In this document: positions 20,801 to 30,352 of the stretch, in pieces | Layout of the letters: each line of letters starts with the position of its first letter | How positions within the stretch are numbered: position 1 is the stretch's first letter | IMG/VR virus record: IMGVR_UViG_3300025887_000015 | Coordinates: 1 to 64,000 of that record | Origin: an uncultured virus (IMG/VR IMGVR_UViG_3300025887_000015) | Lineage: Duplodnaviria; Heunggongvirae; Uroviricota; Caudoviricetes | Reading direction: 5' to 3' (one strand) | DNA: 64,000 nucleotides | Notes under the pieces: generated by a model | What the model saw: the letters and a program-made list of their open reading frames with translations, nothing else | The model's database searches: none | Told to the model about the DNA's origin: nothing | Made by a program: the position numbers and the translations under genes

Positions 20801-21162
20801 TTAATAACATCACCTTTATCATTTGGTGTTGTTGATTCTTCACTAAATACATCTAATGTAGCAGCAATTTCTGGATAAAATTCCATTGTTTCAAAATCTG
20901 AATAGGAACCAACTCTTGTAGTTTCATAATGAATAGCTTGTTGATATAACTCACCATCAACTCTAGACCACATACCAGCTAAGTACTTATCTTGTTGCGC
21001 TTGTAGTTTAGCTACATCGAACTCTTGTTTAGATTGAGTTCGTAATATTTCTTTACTGTTACCAAGAGAATATTTATTACTCCTTTTTTCAACATTTGGG
21101 TTTAAACCTTCTTTCCCAAAAGTGTTACTTAATCTTTGGAAAACTGTTTGTTTTTTTGCCAT
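17872..21162 (-). CDS. Portal protein (T4 gp20-like) containing an intein
   Basis: YPEIAATLD, KYGDNF, HFRL, PYGTSFLE, EDAMLVYRVTRAPERRVYKIFVGN, DIEYLQRKLFTALRVPK. Confidence 0.92.
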   Translation of the reverse strand: MAKKQTVFQRLSNTFGKEGLNPNVEKRSNKYSLGNSKEILRTQSKQEFDVAKLQAQQDKYLAGMWSRVDGELYQQAIHYETTRVGSYSDFETMEFYPEIAATLDVFSEESTTPNDKGDVINVYSGSKRVKRILEDLFINRLDIHTSLQMWARNLPIRKDSVIPLLNGTNKTIIEISKELKETPDKEIWTYSIQDGTKNILPSKIVWCDLTRKNSELYRITLDNGTHIDTTPDHEFLLRDGSYLRADKLTEGLSLMPFYTKISENERVSGYEKVYNPNTNHYKFTHGLIGREMHRDLKYENSVDEKFVTHHIDFNKFNNSPSNLVRMSVSEHNKYHGSLADFHLKSPEVTEKRMIGINKWLRSDERREMLSNKMKGTYPDPFKKYNSSSLHETHNDIRSDVMKNLWGDDEYKSNTSKKMRYKLSGKAINMIEVLIKETPNYMSLDTLCGKLKNEPKFTKEFITFNKHIKRDAIKGINRRTINELLKRTFEIDYLTFVEGLKPNMVNDNTYIRAKNISETKKNKTILNHKVVSVELLSEGDDVYCMEVLGPNGEGDRHNFPVCTKDDEGNFKRDGVFVSNCKYGDNFVQLNISSKGGVTGVRQLPNFEIERRENDINGIISPSQLEAINQDETRNKTVFYWKGRDISFESWQIAHFRLLGDDRKLPYGTSFLEKARRIWKQLILAEDAMLVYRVTRAPERRVYKIFVGNIDNEDVGAYVDDIANRFKRTPLVDPQTGQMDVRYNQLGIDQDIFIPVRDENAQTPIDTLPGAQNLDQIADIEYLQRKLFTALRVPKAFLGFEEPQGEGKNLALQDIRFSRTINRIQQALLHELNKVAIIHLHLLGFADDLDNFTITLNNPSTQAEMLKIEQTAAKVSLYKDAVADAGNGFGSMSMTRAKREILGWSDDEIKQDLLEQRIEKAAAMELENTANVIKNTGIYDRVDRVYGDMDMAKKGGQVPEDGEGGAAGGGGAGGGGGFGGGFDDAGLDLEGDIEDAEATEDIGGDEGFGGEDLGGDEGFGDEEPTEENRRLKNKPLLKEIKNASTKEYMSMLNGKTSNEEKLRTEATKIYDKSIMFNKTMDNMINEIDEKLDSDNETK
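19429..20700 (-). mobile_element. 424-aa intein with HNH endonuclease inside portal (class-3-like)
   Basis: Interrupts WARNL|CKYGDNF; block B TTPDH, block F VYC...HNF, ends VSN/C+1; internal HHIDFNKFNN...NL...EHNKYH. Confidence 0.85.
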
Positions 21163-21217
21163 CTTAATTCTTTTTATTAATTATACTATATTTTTTAAAT
21201 AAATCAATGTATTTTTA

Positions 21218-23077
21218 TTATTTAGTACCGCTAAATAACCACATGTAATTACCTTTTGGGTCTTGCATATTTTTAGATACCTGTGGACTAAAGTTTGGTT
21301 TCTTAGCAGTTACTTTCTTTTTTCTATCAGCTTTAGATATAAATCCATTACGCTTTAAATCGTCATCTGTAACTCCAACTCTACCATCATTTCTAACCCA
21401 TCCAGCCAACATAGCTTTAGTTTTAGCCTTAGCCTCTTTCAATTTTTTAAATGATGTTTCCATAACCCATAAAGCATACGCCAATGGCATAAGTAAATCA
21501 TCGTGATACCCTTCCATGTGGTCAGCTTTTCCATTCTTAAATACAAATGTTCTCATCTCAGATGTCATCCTTTTAGAGCGTATTTTAATTGCATTTAACC
21601 TTACCATCTTTTCTAAATTTCTAATTATTGGTGCTCTCCTACCCGCAGTACAATTAAACCCAGGATATTTACCAATGTTACTTTCTTTAGGTGCTTTATT
21701 TGTTGCCCTTTCCATTGGTTTTGTTGATGTTTCATCATAATACAAATTTGGTGTACCTAAGTACTGGCATTGTGTTATAGTACCAACTCCCCAACCACCA
21801 GTTACATCAACTACTACTAATGCGTCATATATTCTAGCATATTCATCAACCAATGTACCTAATAAATCGGGTTGTAATTGACCTTCATATTCCATTACTT
21901 GTGTCATAGTTGTGAAATCAATCACAACAATTGTTGAATTATCTCCACCATCACCTCTAGCAACGTCAGCCGATAAAATATATTCATGACCTTCAATAGG
22001 TTCTTCCCAAATCCAAATTTCGTCTTTATCACCAGCTGTGTATAATGGTTCAGATACATTTTGTCTTTCTTGCATAATAATGTATTTATCGTCAATTACA
22101 TTACCACCAGAACCAATAAATGATACATCAAGTTCTTGAGCAATCATTTTTTTGTCGTTGTTCATACCACGACACATTTCTCTATACCAACTTGAACTAG
22201 GTTTATAACCTTTATTCACCATATTTTCGTAATGGGTATAAACCTCCAATATACTTTCTTCAGAATCTCCGAAATTAATATATCTAATTTCTTCAATAAC
22301 ATCATCATTATTCTCTTCATGAATCCAAATAAGGTCTCTTACTTTGGTTTGTTGATTGGTTGTATATCTAGGGTCTTGATACCATTTCATCTCAATAATA
22401 TGGAAATCATTTTTACCCTTTTTAGATTGTTCATATGTTTTATGATATAAAGCATCCATACCATTTGGGGTAGAAATTAATGTAGCTCTACCACCAGTAC
22501 CTAAAGCAGTTAATGCGGCACCAAATACAATAGCACCATCATCAATAAAGGCTGCTTCATCCATTATTAACCATGTTGGTGTGAATCCCCTAAGCGCATC
22601 TTTAGATGTTGCAACCGCTTTAATTCTACTACCATTAGGTAATTTTATTTCTTTTTTAGATTCAACTGAATATATACTCTTACCTTCTTTTTCTGACGTA
22701 CCATAATATTCATCACCCCAAACCCATCTTGGAAATTGAGAAATGAAATCTTTAATTTTATCTAAGAATTCAAACGCCATTTCCTGTTTGTTTGCAACAA
22801 TCAAAATAGCTTCTGGGTTGTTAGGGTCAGCAAATACTGCTTTGGTTGCTGCATATGCAGCGGAAGTTGTGGATACACCAGCCTGTCTCGGCTTTGTAAT
22901 CATAGTAAACCTATATTTTCTATACGCTTCTACGATTTGTATTTGTTTTGGAAACAATTTAAACTGCACAAAACCTTCTTGTGTTTTATCGAAAGTTTTA
23001 AGATATGTGCAAATTGCATATACTGGGTCTAATAAACACTCGGTATATTCATGTAATATTTCTGAACCTGTTAACAT
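21218..23077 (-). CDS. Terminase large subunit (T4 gp17-like)
   Basis: Walker A KPRQAGVST, Walker B LIMDEAAF, ISTPNG, nuclease SADVARG and HDDLLM. Confidence 0.93.
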   Translation of the reverse strand: MLTGSEILHEYTECLLDPVYAICTYLKTFDKTQEGFVQFKLFPKQIQIVEAYRKYRFTMITKPRQAGVSTTSAAYAATKAVFADPNNPEAILIVANKQEMAFEFLDKIKDFISQFPRWVWGDEYYGTSEKEGKSIYSVESKKEIKLPNGSRIKAVATSKDALRGFTPTWLIMDEAAFIDDGAIVFGAALTALGTGGRATLISTPNGMDALYHKTYEQSKKGKNDFHIIEMKWYQDPRYTTNQQTKVRDLIWIHEENNDDVIEEIRYINFGDSEESILEVYTHYENMVNKGYKPSSSWYREMCRGMNNDKKMIAQELDVSFIGSGGNVIDDKYIIMQERQNVSEPLYTAGDKDEIWIWEEPIEGHEYILSADVARGDGGDNSTIVVIDFTTMTQVMEYEGQLQPDLLGTLVDEYARIYDALVVVDVTGGWGVGTITQCQYLGTPNLYYDETSTKPMERATNKAPKESNIGKYPGFNCTAGRRAPIIRNLEKMVRLNAIKIRSKRMTSEMRTFVFKNGKADHMEGYHDDLLMPLAYALWVMETSFKKLKEAKAKTKAMLAGWVRNDGRVGVTDDDLKRNGFISKADRKKKVTAKKPNFSPQVSKNMQDPKGNYMWLFSGTK

Positions 23078-23126
23078 CCTTTTTTCTATATAAATATACT
23101 AAAACAGCCAATAAAGTGCAATAAAT

Positions 23127-23154
23127 AAAAAGGCCCGTCATATGACGGGCCTTT
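23127..23154. terminator. Intrinsic terminator (perfect palindrome)
   Basis: AAAGGCCCGTCAT-ATGACGGGCCTTT with an A/T tail. Confidence 0.75.
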
Positions 23155-23173
23155 AAAGTAAATTAAAATGTTT

Positions 23174-24412
23174 TTATAAGAACCAATTTTCAGTGTCTAA
23201 ATTATCTAAATCTTCTGGGCCTAAATAATCATCGTCACTAATTCTATCAACTACATTGTCAAATTCATCGTTTCTTAATTCGTCTTTAATCTCAGTAAGA
23301 AATTCATTTATAAGTGCTTTACCTTTTCTAGAACCCATAAGCACTTCCCTAAAGGATTCGTGAAACTCATCAGCTGGTAATTCTACTAATTCAGTATATA
23401 CATGATGTTTCAAACCGTAGTCTTCAGCTGGAATACAATTTAAAAATTTTTCCCATATTGGTGGGCCAAGTCTCATGTCCCAACTTTCAGCTTCCATAAA
23501 ATCAGCTTTTTCCATTACGAATTGAGCTGTTTTAGGGTCTTTTGGTAAACCATGATATGAAAGTACCTCCATCACTCCTTTAACCATCTCGTGGATTAAA
23601 ACAGGTAAACAAACAGCTTCTGCAATTATCTTTGGAACATCACCTTCTGTTTTAGGAAATTCTACATTAACTAGACCACCAATCATTCTAGAATTCTTAC
23701 CTTTCACATCATCAGTAACCATATACATATAATCAGCACCAGTCATTAATTTAGAATATAGGTTAGGTAACAATGGATTTAATTCTACTAATTGTTCATC
23801 TAATAAATGAAACATATGATTTGTTTTCTTAGCAGCACCTTGAATTAATGCGTTAAGCATTCTACGTTTGTAAACTTCTTTATTAGCGTTAACTAATTCG
23901 TTATGGTCATCAAACTCAACAGTGGATTCTGATTCCATTCTAAGTTTACTCTTATCTACATTTAATGACATTTCAGTTGTTAACGTACCATCAAGTAATA
24001 AATCTTCTTCAGTGATATCGAACTCTTCCATAATTAATTGTTTAACCATCTCAATCAATTCATCTTTATGTTTTTCCTCAAGTTCAATTACTTTTCTCAT
24101 ACAAGCGGCTTGCTTTTGTATAATTTCATTAACATCAATACTTTCTTCACCATGATGCCTTTTATAGTTTTTTACAACATCACCAAATCTTTTAGACATT
24201 AATCTTTCTTCAAAATGCATATCATCATCTTCAGGAAAAGCTGGATGTGCGCCTAATGAATGTGAACGCTCTCTTAATTGTTTAGCCAAAGTAGGGTCCA
24301 TCCTTTCAGCATGATTATCATCATACTTAATTCTACTTTCACTTAATCTTTTCGGTTTTTTTAATTCCTGTAAGGCTTTAAGTGCTAACTTTTTAATTTT
24401 ATTATCGTCCAT
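23174..24412 (-). CDS. Hypothetical protein
   Basis: 412-aa ORF in the late operon. Confidence 0.6.
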   Translation of the reverse strand: MDDNKIKKLALKALQELKKPKRLSESRIKYDDNHAERMDPTLAKQLRERSHSLGAHPAFPEDDDMHFEERLMSKRFGDVVKNYKRHHGEESIDVNEIIQKQAACMRKVIELEEKHKDELIEMVKQLIMEEFDITEEDLLLDGTLTTEMSLNVDKSKLRMESESTVEFDDHNELVNANKEVYKRRMLNALIQGAAKKTNHMFHLLDEQLVELNPLLPNLYSKLMTGADYMYMVTDDVKGKNSRMIGGLVNVEFPKTEGDVPKIIAEAVCLPVLIHEMVKGVMEVLSYHGLPKDPKTAQFVMEKADFMEAESWDMRLGPPIWEKFLNCIPAEDYGLKHHVYTELVELPADEFHESFREVLMGSRKGKALINEFLTEIKDELRNDEFDNVVDRISDDDYLGPEDLDNLDTENWFL

Positions 24413-24777
24413 TATTTTTTATTTTTAATGTAATTAATTAAATCATTTTTCTTAATTCTAGGTTTAATATTTTCACCTAATTTAATTTTAGGTGATTTAG
24501 AATTTTTTAATTCTTCCATTAACTTATCAAAATCTTCGCCATAAACTCCATATTCTTCACCCCTTTCCATTTTTTCTTCATCTGGAATTTCTGGTAAATC
24601 ATCTTCACCACCTTCAGTAGTCAACTCAATTGTTGAATCAACACCATCAGTTTTAGAGGCTTGTTTTGCTTTATCTACCGCATTTTGGTCATCAGCTGTT
24701 ACTGAATAAGTCATTGACTCTTCATTTTCAGAAATTAATTTACGTAATTTTTCTTTAGTTACTACCTTTTTATTCAT
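24412..24777 (-). CDS. Hypothetical protein (possible internal head protein)
   Basis: N-terminal KKVVTKEKLRKLISE motif; acidic middle. Confidence 0.5.
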   Translation of the reverse strand: MNKKVVTKEKLRKLISENEESMTYSVTADDQNAVDKAKQASKTDGVDSTIELTTEGGEDDLPEIPDEEKMERGEEYGVYGEDFDKLMEELKNSKSPKIKLGENIKPRIKKNDLINYIKNKK

Positions 24778-25177
24778 TTTCTATTTCGATTTTATAATCC
24801 ATTACCACATCTTTTTCATATAAAAGGTCGGCAACTTTTTTTATTTCCATCCCGAATGGGAATACTAATCTTTTATCTGGGTATTCTTCTAACCCATCTA
24901 TATTTTCCCAAGCTAATGGAATTATATTATCTAAAGCATCATACATTGAAAATTGTTCATTGTCTTGTGCAACATGTAATTCAAATTCCGATTCAATTTT
25001 ACCCACTTGAACTATTAAGTTATCAAATGGTGCTTCAGGGTTACTACTTGCTGGGTATGAATCCCAACCTTCACCATCAACGTTCTCTACAGTATCACTA
25101 AAAATAAATTCATAAAAATATTTATTAGCGTGATTGTAACCAATCTTATGAACATATATTAAATATAAATTATCCAT
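24770..25177 (-). CDS. Hypothetical protein
   Basis: 135 aa, coupled to neighbours. Confidence 0.55.
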   Translation of the reverse strand: MDNLYLIYVHKIGYNHANKYFYEFIFSDTVENVDGEGWDSYPASSNPEAPFDNLIVQVGKIESEFELHVAQDNEQFSMYDALDNIIPLAWENIDGLEEYPDKRLVFPFGMEIKKVADLLYEKDVVMDYKIEIENE

Positions 25178-26445
25178 TATACTTCTTCTATTTCAGGTTT
25201 ATCACCATCAGTAAATACTGGTGCGTCAAAATTCTCAGGGTTACCAAATTTAGATACGTTTATTAAATATTGTTTACCATTATCTAAGATATCAGTTTGA
25301 TATGCAAATACATAAGGTTCATCATAAGCTAACGGTTTTTCAACCACCTCACCAGTGTTAATAAAATTAACCCCATTAAATCTAACACCATCAACATCAA
25401 ATACTAATGATACTAAATTTCCATCTTCAGAAAATTCACTATTATTTATAAATTGAACTCCACCTTCAGCTTTTGGTTTAGGGTCTGGTAATTGTTCTGG
25501 AATAATTGTCCATGGTTTAGACCTTCTAGTAGACCTTTTCGGTTCAACTACAGGTTTAATTTGTGGTTTAACCACTGGTTGAACGTCCGTTGTCATAAAT
25601 GTTTCTTTAACCATTTCTTTAATTCTTTGATTTAACATACTATCATTTTCATCAGATTCAAGAGTTATATATTTATTTTCTTCCATACCTTCATCATCAA
25701 CACCTAAAAATGCATCTTGAAATACAGTGTTACCATTACCATTTGGATTATGTTCAGTAATTTCCTTAACATCAGCTAAAGTAACGTTAATCATTTCTTT
25801 AGTCTTAGGCATTTGAACAATAACGTCATTCCCGTCAATTTTCTTAACGATACCCATTTCTTTTCTGTTGGTAACGTAAACCTTCTTGTTTAATAAGTCG
25901 TCAGTGCTTTTTTTTTCTAAAACACTTTCTTCCATATCAATATTATCTAAATCTAATGGTTCGTCACTTGGTAATTCTTCACCACCCTCAACATCAGCCT
26001 CTGCTGGTTCATCATTTTTTTTACCAGTACCATCAGTTGTAGATGATTTTACCTTTTGAATAATATCAGCTTGGTCTTGTTGGTCCATTTCACCTGAATT
26101 AGTTGCAGATAACACAGAATTAATTGCAAACTTTTCTAAGTCATAATCAGGTGCACCTAAATCTTCCGTATATTTTCTTAGGCTTTGACCTAATTTACCA
26201 GATAATTGTTGTATGTATTTTTCAGGACTGTCTTCTTCGTTAGCTTCTACACCAGCATCAAATGGTTCATCGTTAAATGGTTTATCACTTTCTGGTTCAC
26301 CCATTGGGTCTTCCATTGGTTGAGCATCTGGAAGTTCATCAAAACCACCCTCATCGTTACTAGGAACAGAAGAACCCATATCCTGAGCTTGTGGTTCAGG
26401 AGATGGGTCATCTAATTTTAACTTAAACTTAGTTTCAGTTATACT
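25177..26445 (-). CDS. Acidic protein; probable -1 frameshift extension of 26439..27155
   Basis: The frame of ORF 25177..26379 stays open 22 codons upstream, to the A10 run. Confidence 0.55.
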   Translation of the reverse strand, partial: SITETKFKLKLDDPSPEPQAQDMGSSVPSNDEGGFDELPDAQPMEDPMGEPESDKPFNDEPFDAGVEANEEDSPEKYIQQLSGKLGQSLRKYTEDLGAPDYDLEKFAINSVLSATNSGEMDQQDQADIIQKVKSSTTDGTGKKNDEPAEADVEGGEELPSDEPLDLDNIDMEESVLEKKSTDDLLNKKVYVTNRKEMGIVKKIDGNDVIVQMPKTKEMINVTLADVKEITEHNPNGNGNTVFQDAFLGVDDEGMEENKYITLESDENDSMLNQRIKEMVKETFMTTDVQPVVKPQIKPVVEPKRSTRRSKPWTIIPEQLPDPKPKAEGGVQFINNSEFSEDGNLVSLVFDVDGVRFNGVNFINTGEVVEKPLAYDEPYVFAYQTDILDNGKQYLINVSKFGNPENFDAPVFTDGDKPEIEEV

Positions 26446-27155
26446 TTTTTTTTTGAGCTTTGTTCTCCCTCTTTGATTTTACCTATTGCGGTAGTAATCT
26501 TAAGTTTGTTTGTTTCTTCTTCTTTAATTTCACGGATGATTCTGTCAATCATTTTTTCAGTTTCATTCAATTCAACATCATCACCTTCATCTACAGTTTC
26601 AGTTTCACCTTCTTCTACTACTGGTGGAGTATCCACATCTGGGTTACCATCTTCACCCTCATCACCGATGATTTCTTCTTCATGACCATCATTTTTACCA
26701 ATTTCCTTAACAGTACCTAATGTAGTATCAGGTTGACTAGATTTTGGTTTTTCTGAGTAAGACTCAAATGATTCAGATAATAAGTTATCATTTTTTAAGA
26801 TATTGATAACATCAGATTTACCTAATGCTTCATTAAGACTAATGAATTTAAGGTTTAATTGTTTTGTAGCTTGAGAATAACTATCGAAAGATTTATCAGT
26901 TTTGTTTTGTAAACCACCAATATAATTGAAATCTTCAGCTATAAGATTTTCAGTTTTATCAGATATTTTAATAAAATACTTATGATTTTCTCTAACAATA
27001 CCATACACTTTTCCGTCAGGACCCTTTTTAGTTAATTCTACAACTGACCTATTTGTGTTTTCATTTACAGGTGCCATTCCCATAAGAGACCTCATTCTAC
27101 TAACTTGGTCATTACCTTTCAATCCAGTTGGCTTAACGCTATTATATTTTTTCAT
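26439..27155 (-). CDS. Hypothetical late protein ending at an A10 slippery run
   Basis: 238 aa; ends TCA AAA AAA AAA GTA TAA. Confidence 0.6.
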   Translation of the reverse strand: MKKYNSVKPTGLKGNDQVSRMRSLMGMAPVNENTNRSVVELTKKGPDGKVYGIVRENHKYFIKISDKTENLIAEDFNYIGGLQNKTDKSFDSYSQATKQLNLKFISLNEALGKSDVINILKNDNLLSESFESYSEKPKSSQPDTTLGTVKEIGKNDGHEEEIIGDEGEDGNPDVDTPPVVEEGETETVDEGDDVELNETEKMIDRIIREIKEEETNKLKITTAIGKIKEGEQSSKKKV

Positions 27156-27172
27156 TTATATTTTAAGTTTAA

Positions 27173-27394
27173 TTATCCGTTTATTACAGAAGGTGCTATT
27201 AATTTTTGTCTACCTAATACAAAAACATTAGCAGTTGCACTAATATTTTTTACTAATATAGGTAATGTGCTTCCAGCAGCCATAGAGACTATAACCGCAT
27301 TAATTGTAGGTGTTGCAGCCGAACTAGCATATACTTGAATATATGTGTATCCAGTAAAATCAGCGTTTGATGCTGCATGTATCACTTCATTCAT
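27173..27394 (-). CDS. Small probable virion protein
   Basis: 73 aa, Ala/Thr/Val-rich; late motif at 27413. Confidence 0.5.
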   Translation of the reverse strand: MNEVIHAASNADFTGYTYIQVYASSAATPTINAVIVSMAAGSTLPILVKNISATANVFVLGRQKLIAPSVING

Positions 27395-27445
27395 AATTGT
27401 ACCTTTTCTTATATAAATATATAAAAAAAGATAAAAAAACCGTTA

Positions 27446-27913
27446 TTAGTATTCTAATATAACTTTTGTTGGTCTAATATTTAATTTTATTTCAAGTATT
27501 GAATCATTTGAATATTCTAAATCGCCAAAATCAAACGTTTCAACAATACCTTTAATATTCCATTTTTCAACTGTAACTCCACTTGCATCCAATATTTCCA
27601 AATCATATTTAACTTTAGCTTTACCACCTTTACCCGCTAATCTGCAAGCATTAAATAAAATTTTAGAAGTTGGTGAACCTATAATATCACGTAGATTAAT
27701 CTCAATATTTTCCCATCTACCTTTTGACATTATAGAATAACTATTAGCGTTATTTATATTTGTTGTATCTCCACTAGCACTCCATTTAGGTCTAGATGTT
27801 TTAGATATAGCCCAAACTGGTACACCTTTATAATCACCCTTAAACCTAACTAACCATCTATTAGATAATTTTGGCTCATAAGGTATTGGCATTTTTAATA
27901 ATAATTCGCTCAT
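27446..27913 (-). CDS. Tail tube protein-like (T4 gp19 family)
   Basis: YEPK..NRW, W..I.I.LRD, LEILD..G..VEKW..KG, FGDLEY pattern. Confidence 0.7.
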   Translation of the reverse strand: MSELLLKMPIPYEPKLSNRWLVRFKGDYKGVPVWAISKTSRPKWSASGDTTNINNANSYSIMSKGRWENIEINLRDIIGSPTSKILFNACRLAGKGGKAKVKYDLEILDASGVTVEKWNIKGIVETFDFGDLEYSNDSILEIKLNIRPTKVILEY

Positions 27914-27980
27914 AATAAAACTGTTTTTATTATAAATATGAAAAACCTAACTTTCATATACCAACCCATAGTTTTTGTTT

Positions 27981-29078
27981 TTAATTTGATAATGGTGCTT
28001 TTATTCTTGGGTGTGATTTATAACCAATCAATTCAAAGTGGTCTAACGTCAATTCTTCAATGGTTTCAAAAGGTTTTATATTTACTTTTGGTAATTCAAA
28101 ACCCACCCTTCCTATTTGTTCTTTAGCTTGGTCAATATGGTTGTTATATAAATGTGTATCACCCAAATTACCAATTATTTCTAATGGTACCATGTTAACT
28201 TCTTTAGCTATTATTTCCAATAATAAAGCATATGAGGCAATATTAAATGGTAAACCTAAAAATGTATCTACTGAACGTTGATTCCACATTAAAGATATTC
28301 CTTTAGTTTTAAACCCACCTTCTTGTGCATATTGATTAAAACTTTTACCTTTAGGACAATAACAAGCTATGTCTTGCCACAATTCGTGTGAATAATAATT
28401 TGTAAATTCATCATAAGTTAAATCTCTAGTCCAAAATTGAAAGAAGTTATGGCATGGTGGTAAAGTCATTTTATCTAAATCACCTACATTCCAAGCTGAA
28501 ACAATGTTTCTTCTTGAATCTGGGTCGATTTTTAGTAACTCTATCGAATTTTTGATTTGGTCAACCACTCTAAGTTCACCATAACCATCTTCACCATCGA
28601 CAGACTCAACATGATAATCAATATCAGTGTCACTAAATTTTAAACCTTCACTATAATATAACCAATTTCTCCATTGTTTACCATAGATAGGACCTAAATC
28701 CCCCCACTGTTCAGCAAACGTATCATTGGTTTTAATCTCTTCAATGAATCGTTTTTTATCAAACCATGCACCATGTTTTCCACGTTCCATTTCAGATGCA
28801 TATCTCTTATACGCATCCCCATTCCAAATATTACAACCACGGTCTACTAACCATTTGATGTTAGTTTCACCACGTAGAAACCATAGTAATTCAACTACCA
28901 TGGACTTCCAAGCCATCTTCTTTGTGGTTAATAATGGAAACCCTTCTGACATATCATGTCTTAATTGTCTTCCAAAGACAGAAATGGTACCAGTACCCGT
29001 TCTATCACCTTTACTAACACCATTATCTATAATGTCTTGTTGTAGGTCTGTATATTTTTTATCTATACTATTTCTCAT
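27981..29078 (-). CDS. thyA: Thymidylate synthase
   Basis: DRTGTGT, FPLLTTKK, ELLWFL, LGPIYGKQWR, LPPCH, QRSVDTFLGLPFNIASY, GDTHLY. Confidence 0.95.
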   Translation of the reverse strand: MRNSIDKKYTDLQQDIIDNGVSKGDRTGTGTISVFGRQLRHDMSEGFPLLTTKKMAWKSMVVELLWFLRGETNIKWLVDRGCNIWNGDAYKRYASEMERGKHGAWFDKKRFIEEIKTNDTFAEQWGDLGPIYGKQWRNWLYYSEGLKFSDTDIDYHVESVDGEDGYGELRVVDQIKNSIELLKIDPDSRRNIVSAWNVGDLDKMTLPPCHNFFQFWTRDLTYDEFTNYYSHELWQDIACYCPKGKSFNQYAQEGGFKTKGISLMWNQRSVDTFLGLPFNIASYALLLEIIAKEVNMVPLEIIGNLGDTHLYNNHIDQAKEQIGRVGFELPKVNIKPFETIEELTLDHFELIGYKSHPRIKAPLSN

Positions 29079-29439
29079 ATAATTTTTGATATAATTCTGA
29101 GTCTACGATTATATTATTTTTAGTTTTTGGGTCACCTGTTATTTCCTCAGTTAAATATTCGTGAATAAGTTGATTAACGGGAACATAATTCGTATCACAG
29201 TCAGTGTAATGTAGATGTTCAAATGCCAATTCTAAACTTTTTTTATCAGCTTCTGTTGGAACCACGATTTTATATTTAGCCCAATTAACATCCTCTTTAT
29301 CATCATATGTCTCCATAGTGATTTCTTTTTCTTCAGCTCTTTTCTTTTTGAACTCTTCAACAAACTTTTTCATTTGTTGTTTTTCATGCTCAATCATTGC
29401 AGATTCAGCTTTCCCTTTTTTCCAATCATTTTTACTCAT
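29068..29439 (-). CDS. Hypothetical protein
   Basis: 123 aa, overlapping neighbours. Confidence 0.5.
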   Translation of the reverse strand: MSKNDWKKGKAESAMIEHEKQQMKKFVEEFKKKRAEEKEITMETYDDKEDVNWAKYKIVVPTEADKKSLELAFEHLHYTDCDTNYVPVNQLIHEYLTEEITGDPKTKNNIIVDSELYQKLYEK

Positions 29440-29827
29440 GTTCTTTTACGTGTTTTTTTAATTGCGTTAATAAATCTTTAAGAATGTGACCTAGTGATTC
29501 AGCTGGTAACTGTTCAATCATATCTAATGTAAGTCTGTATTGAGATTTGAAAAGTTTATCATCACCTTCATACATTCTAATTTTACATTGAAAATCTACA
29601 TTAGCTAATTTATATTTAGATGCAAACCATTCACTTTGGTCTTTAACTTCCGACATTACGGGTTGTTCTAATGATACTGGAATTTTATTTTCATTAACAA
29701 ATTTTAATAATTTATCATATTCATGTACTTCATAAAAATACTCACCAAGAACCCCATCTTCAGGATGGAGTTCGGTGAGATAATGTAGTTTTTCATCTTC
29801 CAGAAACTGGTAGTGCCAAGTATTCAT
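29432..29827 (-). CDS. Hypothetical protein
   Basis: 131 aa, coupled. Confidence 0.5.
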   Translation of the reverse strand: MNTWHYQFLEDEKLHYLTELHPEDGVLGEYFYEVHEYDKLLKFVNENKIPVSLEQPVMSEVKDQSEWFASKYKLANVDFQCKIRMYEGDDKLFKSQYRLTLDMIEQLPAESLGHILKDLLTQLKKHVKEHE

Positions 29828-30246
29828 TAGTTTAATTTTTCGAAATAAATTTTTCCTTGGTCCATTAATCTTTTAAATAAAACCAAATCAAACCCTTCAC
29901 TTTCCCCAAGTTTTAAAGCATCAGCTTTAATCTCACCTTGAAAATCCTTTAAGTTATTTTGTTTAATAGCGTTGATTTTCTCAGCTAAAATTTCACTATC
30001 AACATCCTCAAGCCTAGAAAAGGCGTAATTTGGTTTAATTAATGAATTAAGGACTTTACCTTGACTTTCAGCCATTTCAAATCTCATGTAATCACTAGCC
30101 GAAACATTATCATACTTATACACACCACCATTTTTAAATGTGATGATTAAATCTTTACTTAACTGGTCGTACTCTGACACCAATAGGTTTGATGAATTGT
30201 AGTGACTCACTACAGCTTCATTCGTTACTTGTTTTCTAATTAACAT
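29827..30246 (-). CDS. KTSC domain protein
   Basis: SSNL...YD....L.ITFKNGGVYKY.NV....Y..F..AESQGK..N..IK. Confidence 0.8.
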   Translation of the reverse strand: MLIRKQVTNEAVVSHYNSSNLLVSEYDQLSKDLIITFKNGGVYKYDNVSASDYMRFEMAESQGKVLNSLIKPNYAFSRLEDVDSEILAEKINAIKQNNLKDFQGEIKADALKLGESEGFDLVLFKRLMDQGKIYFEKLN

Positions 30247-30352
30247 ATCTTTTGTTTTTATCTTACAACAAATATACTATAAAAAAAAGGAAAAAACAAC
30301 TTGTTTATTAAATATTTTATAGTATATTTGCTGTAAGAATATTATAGATTAT

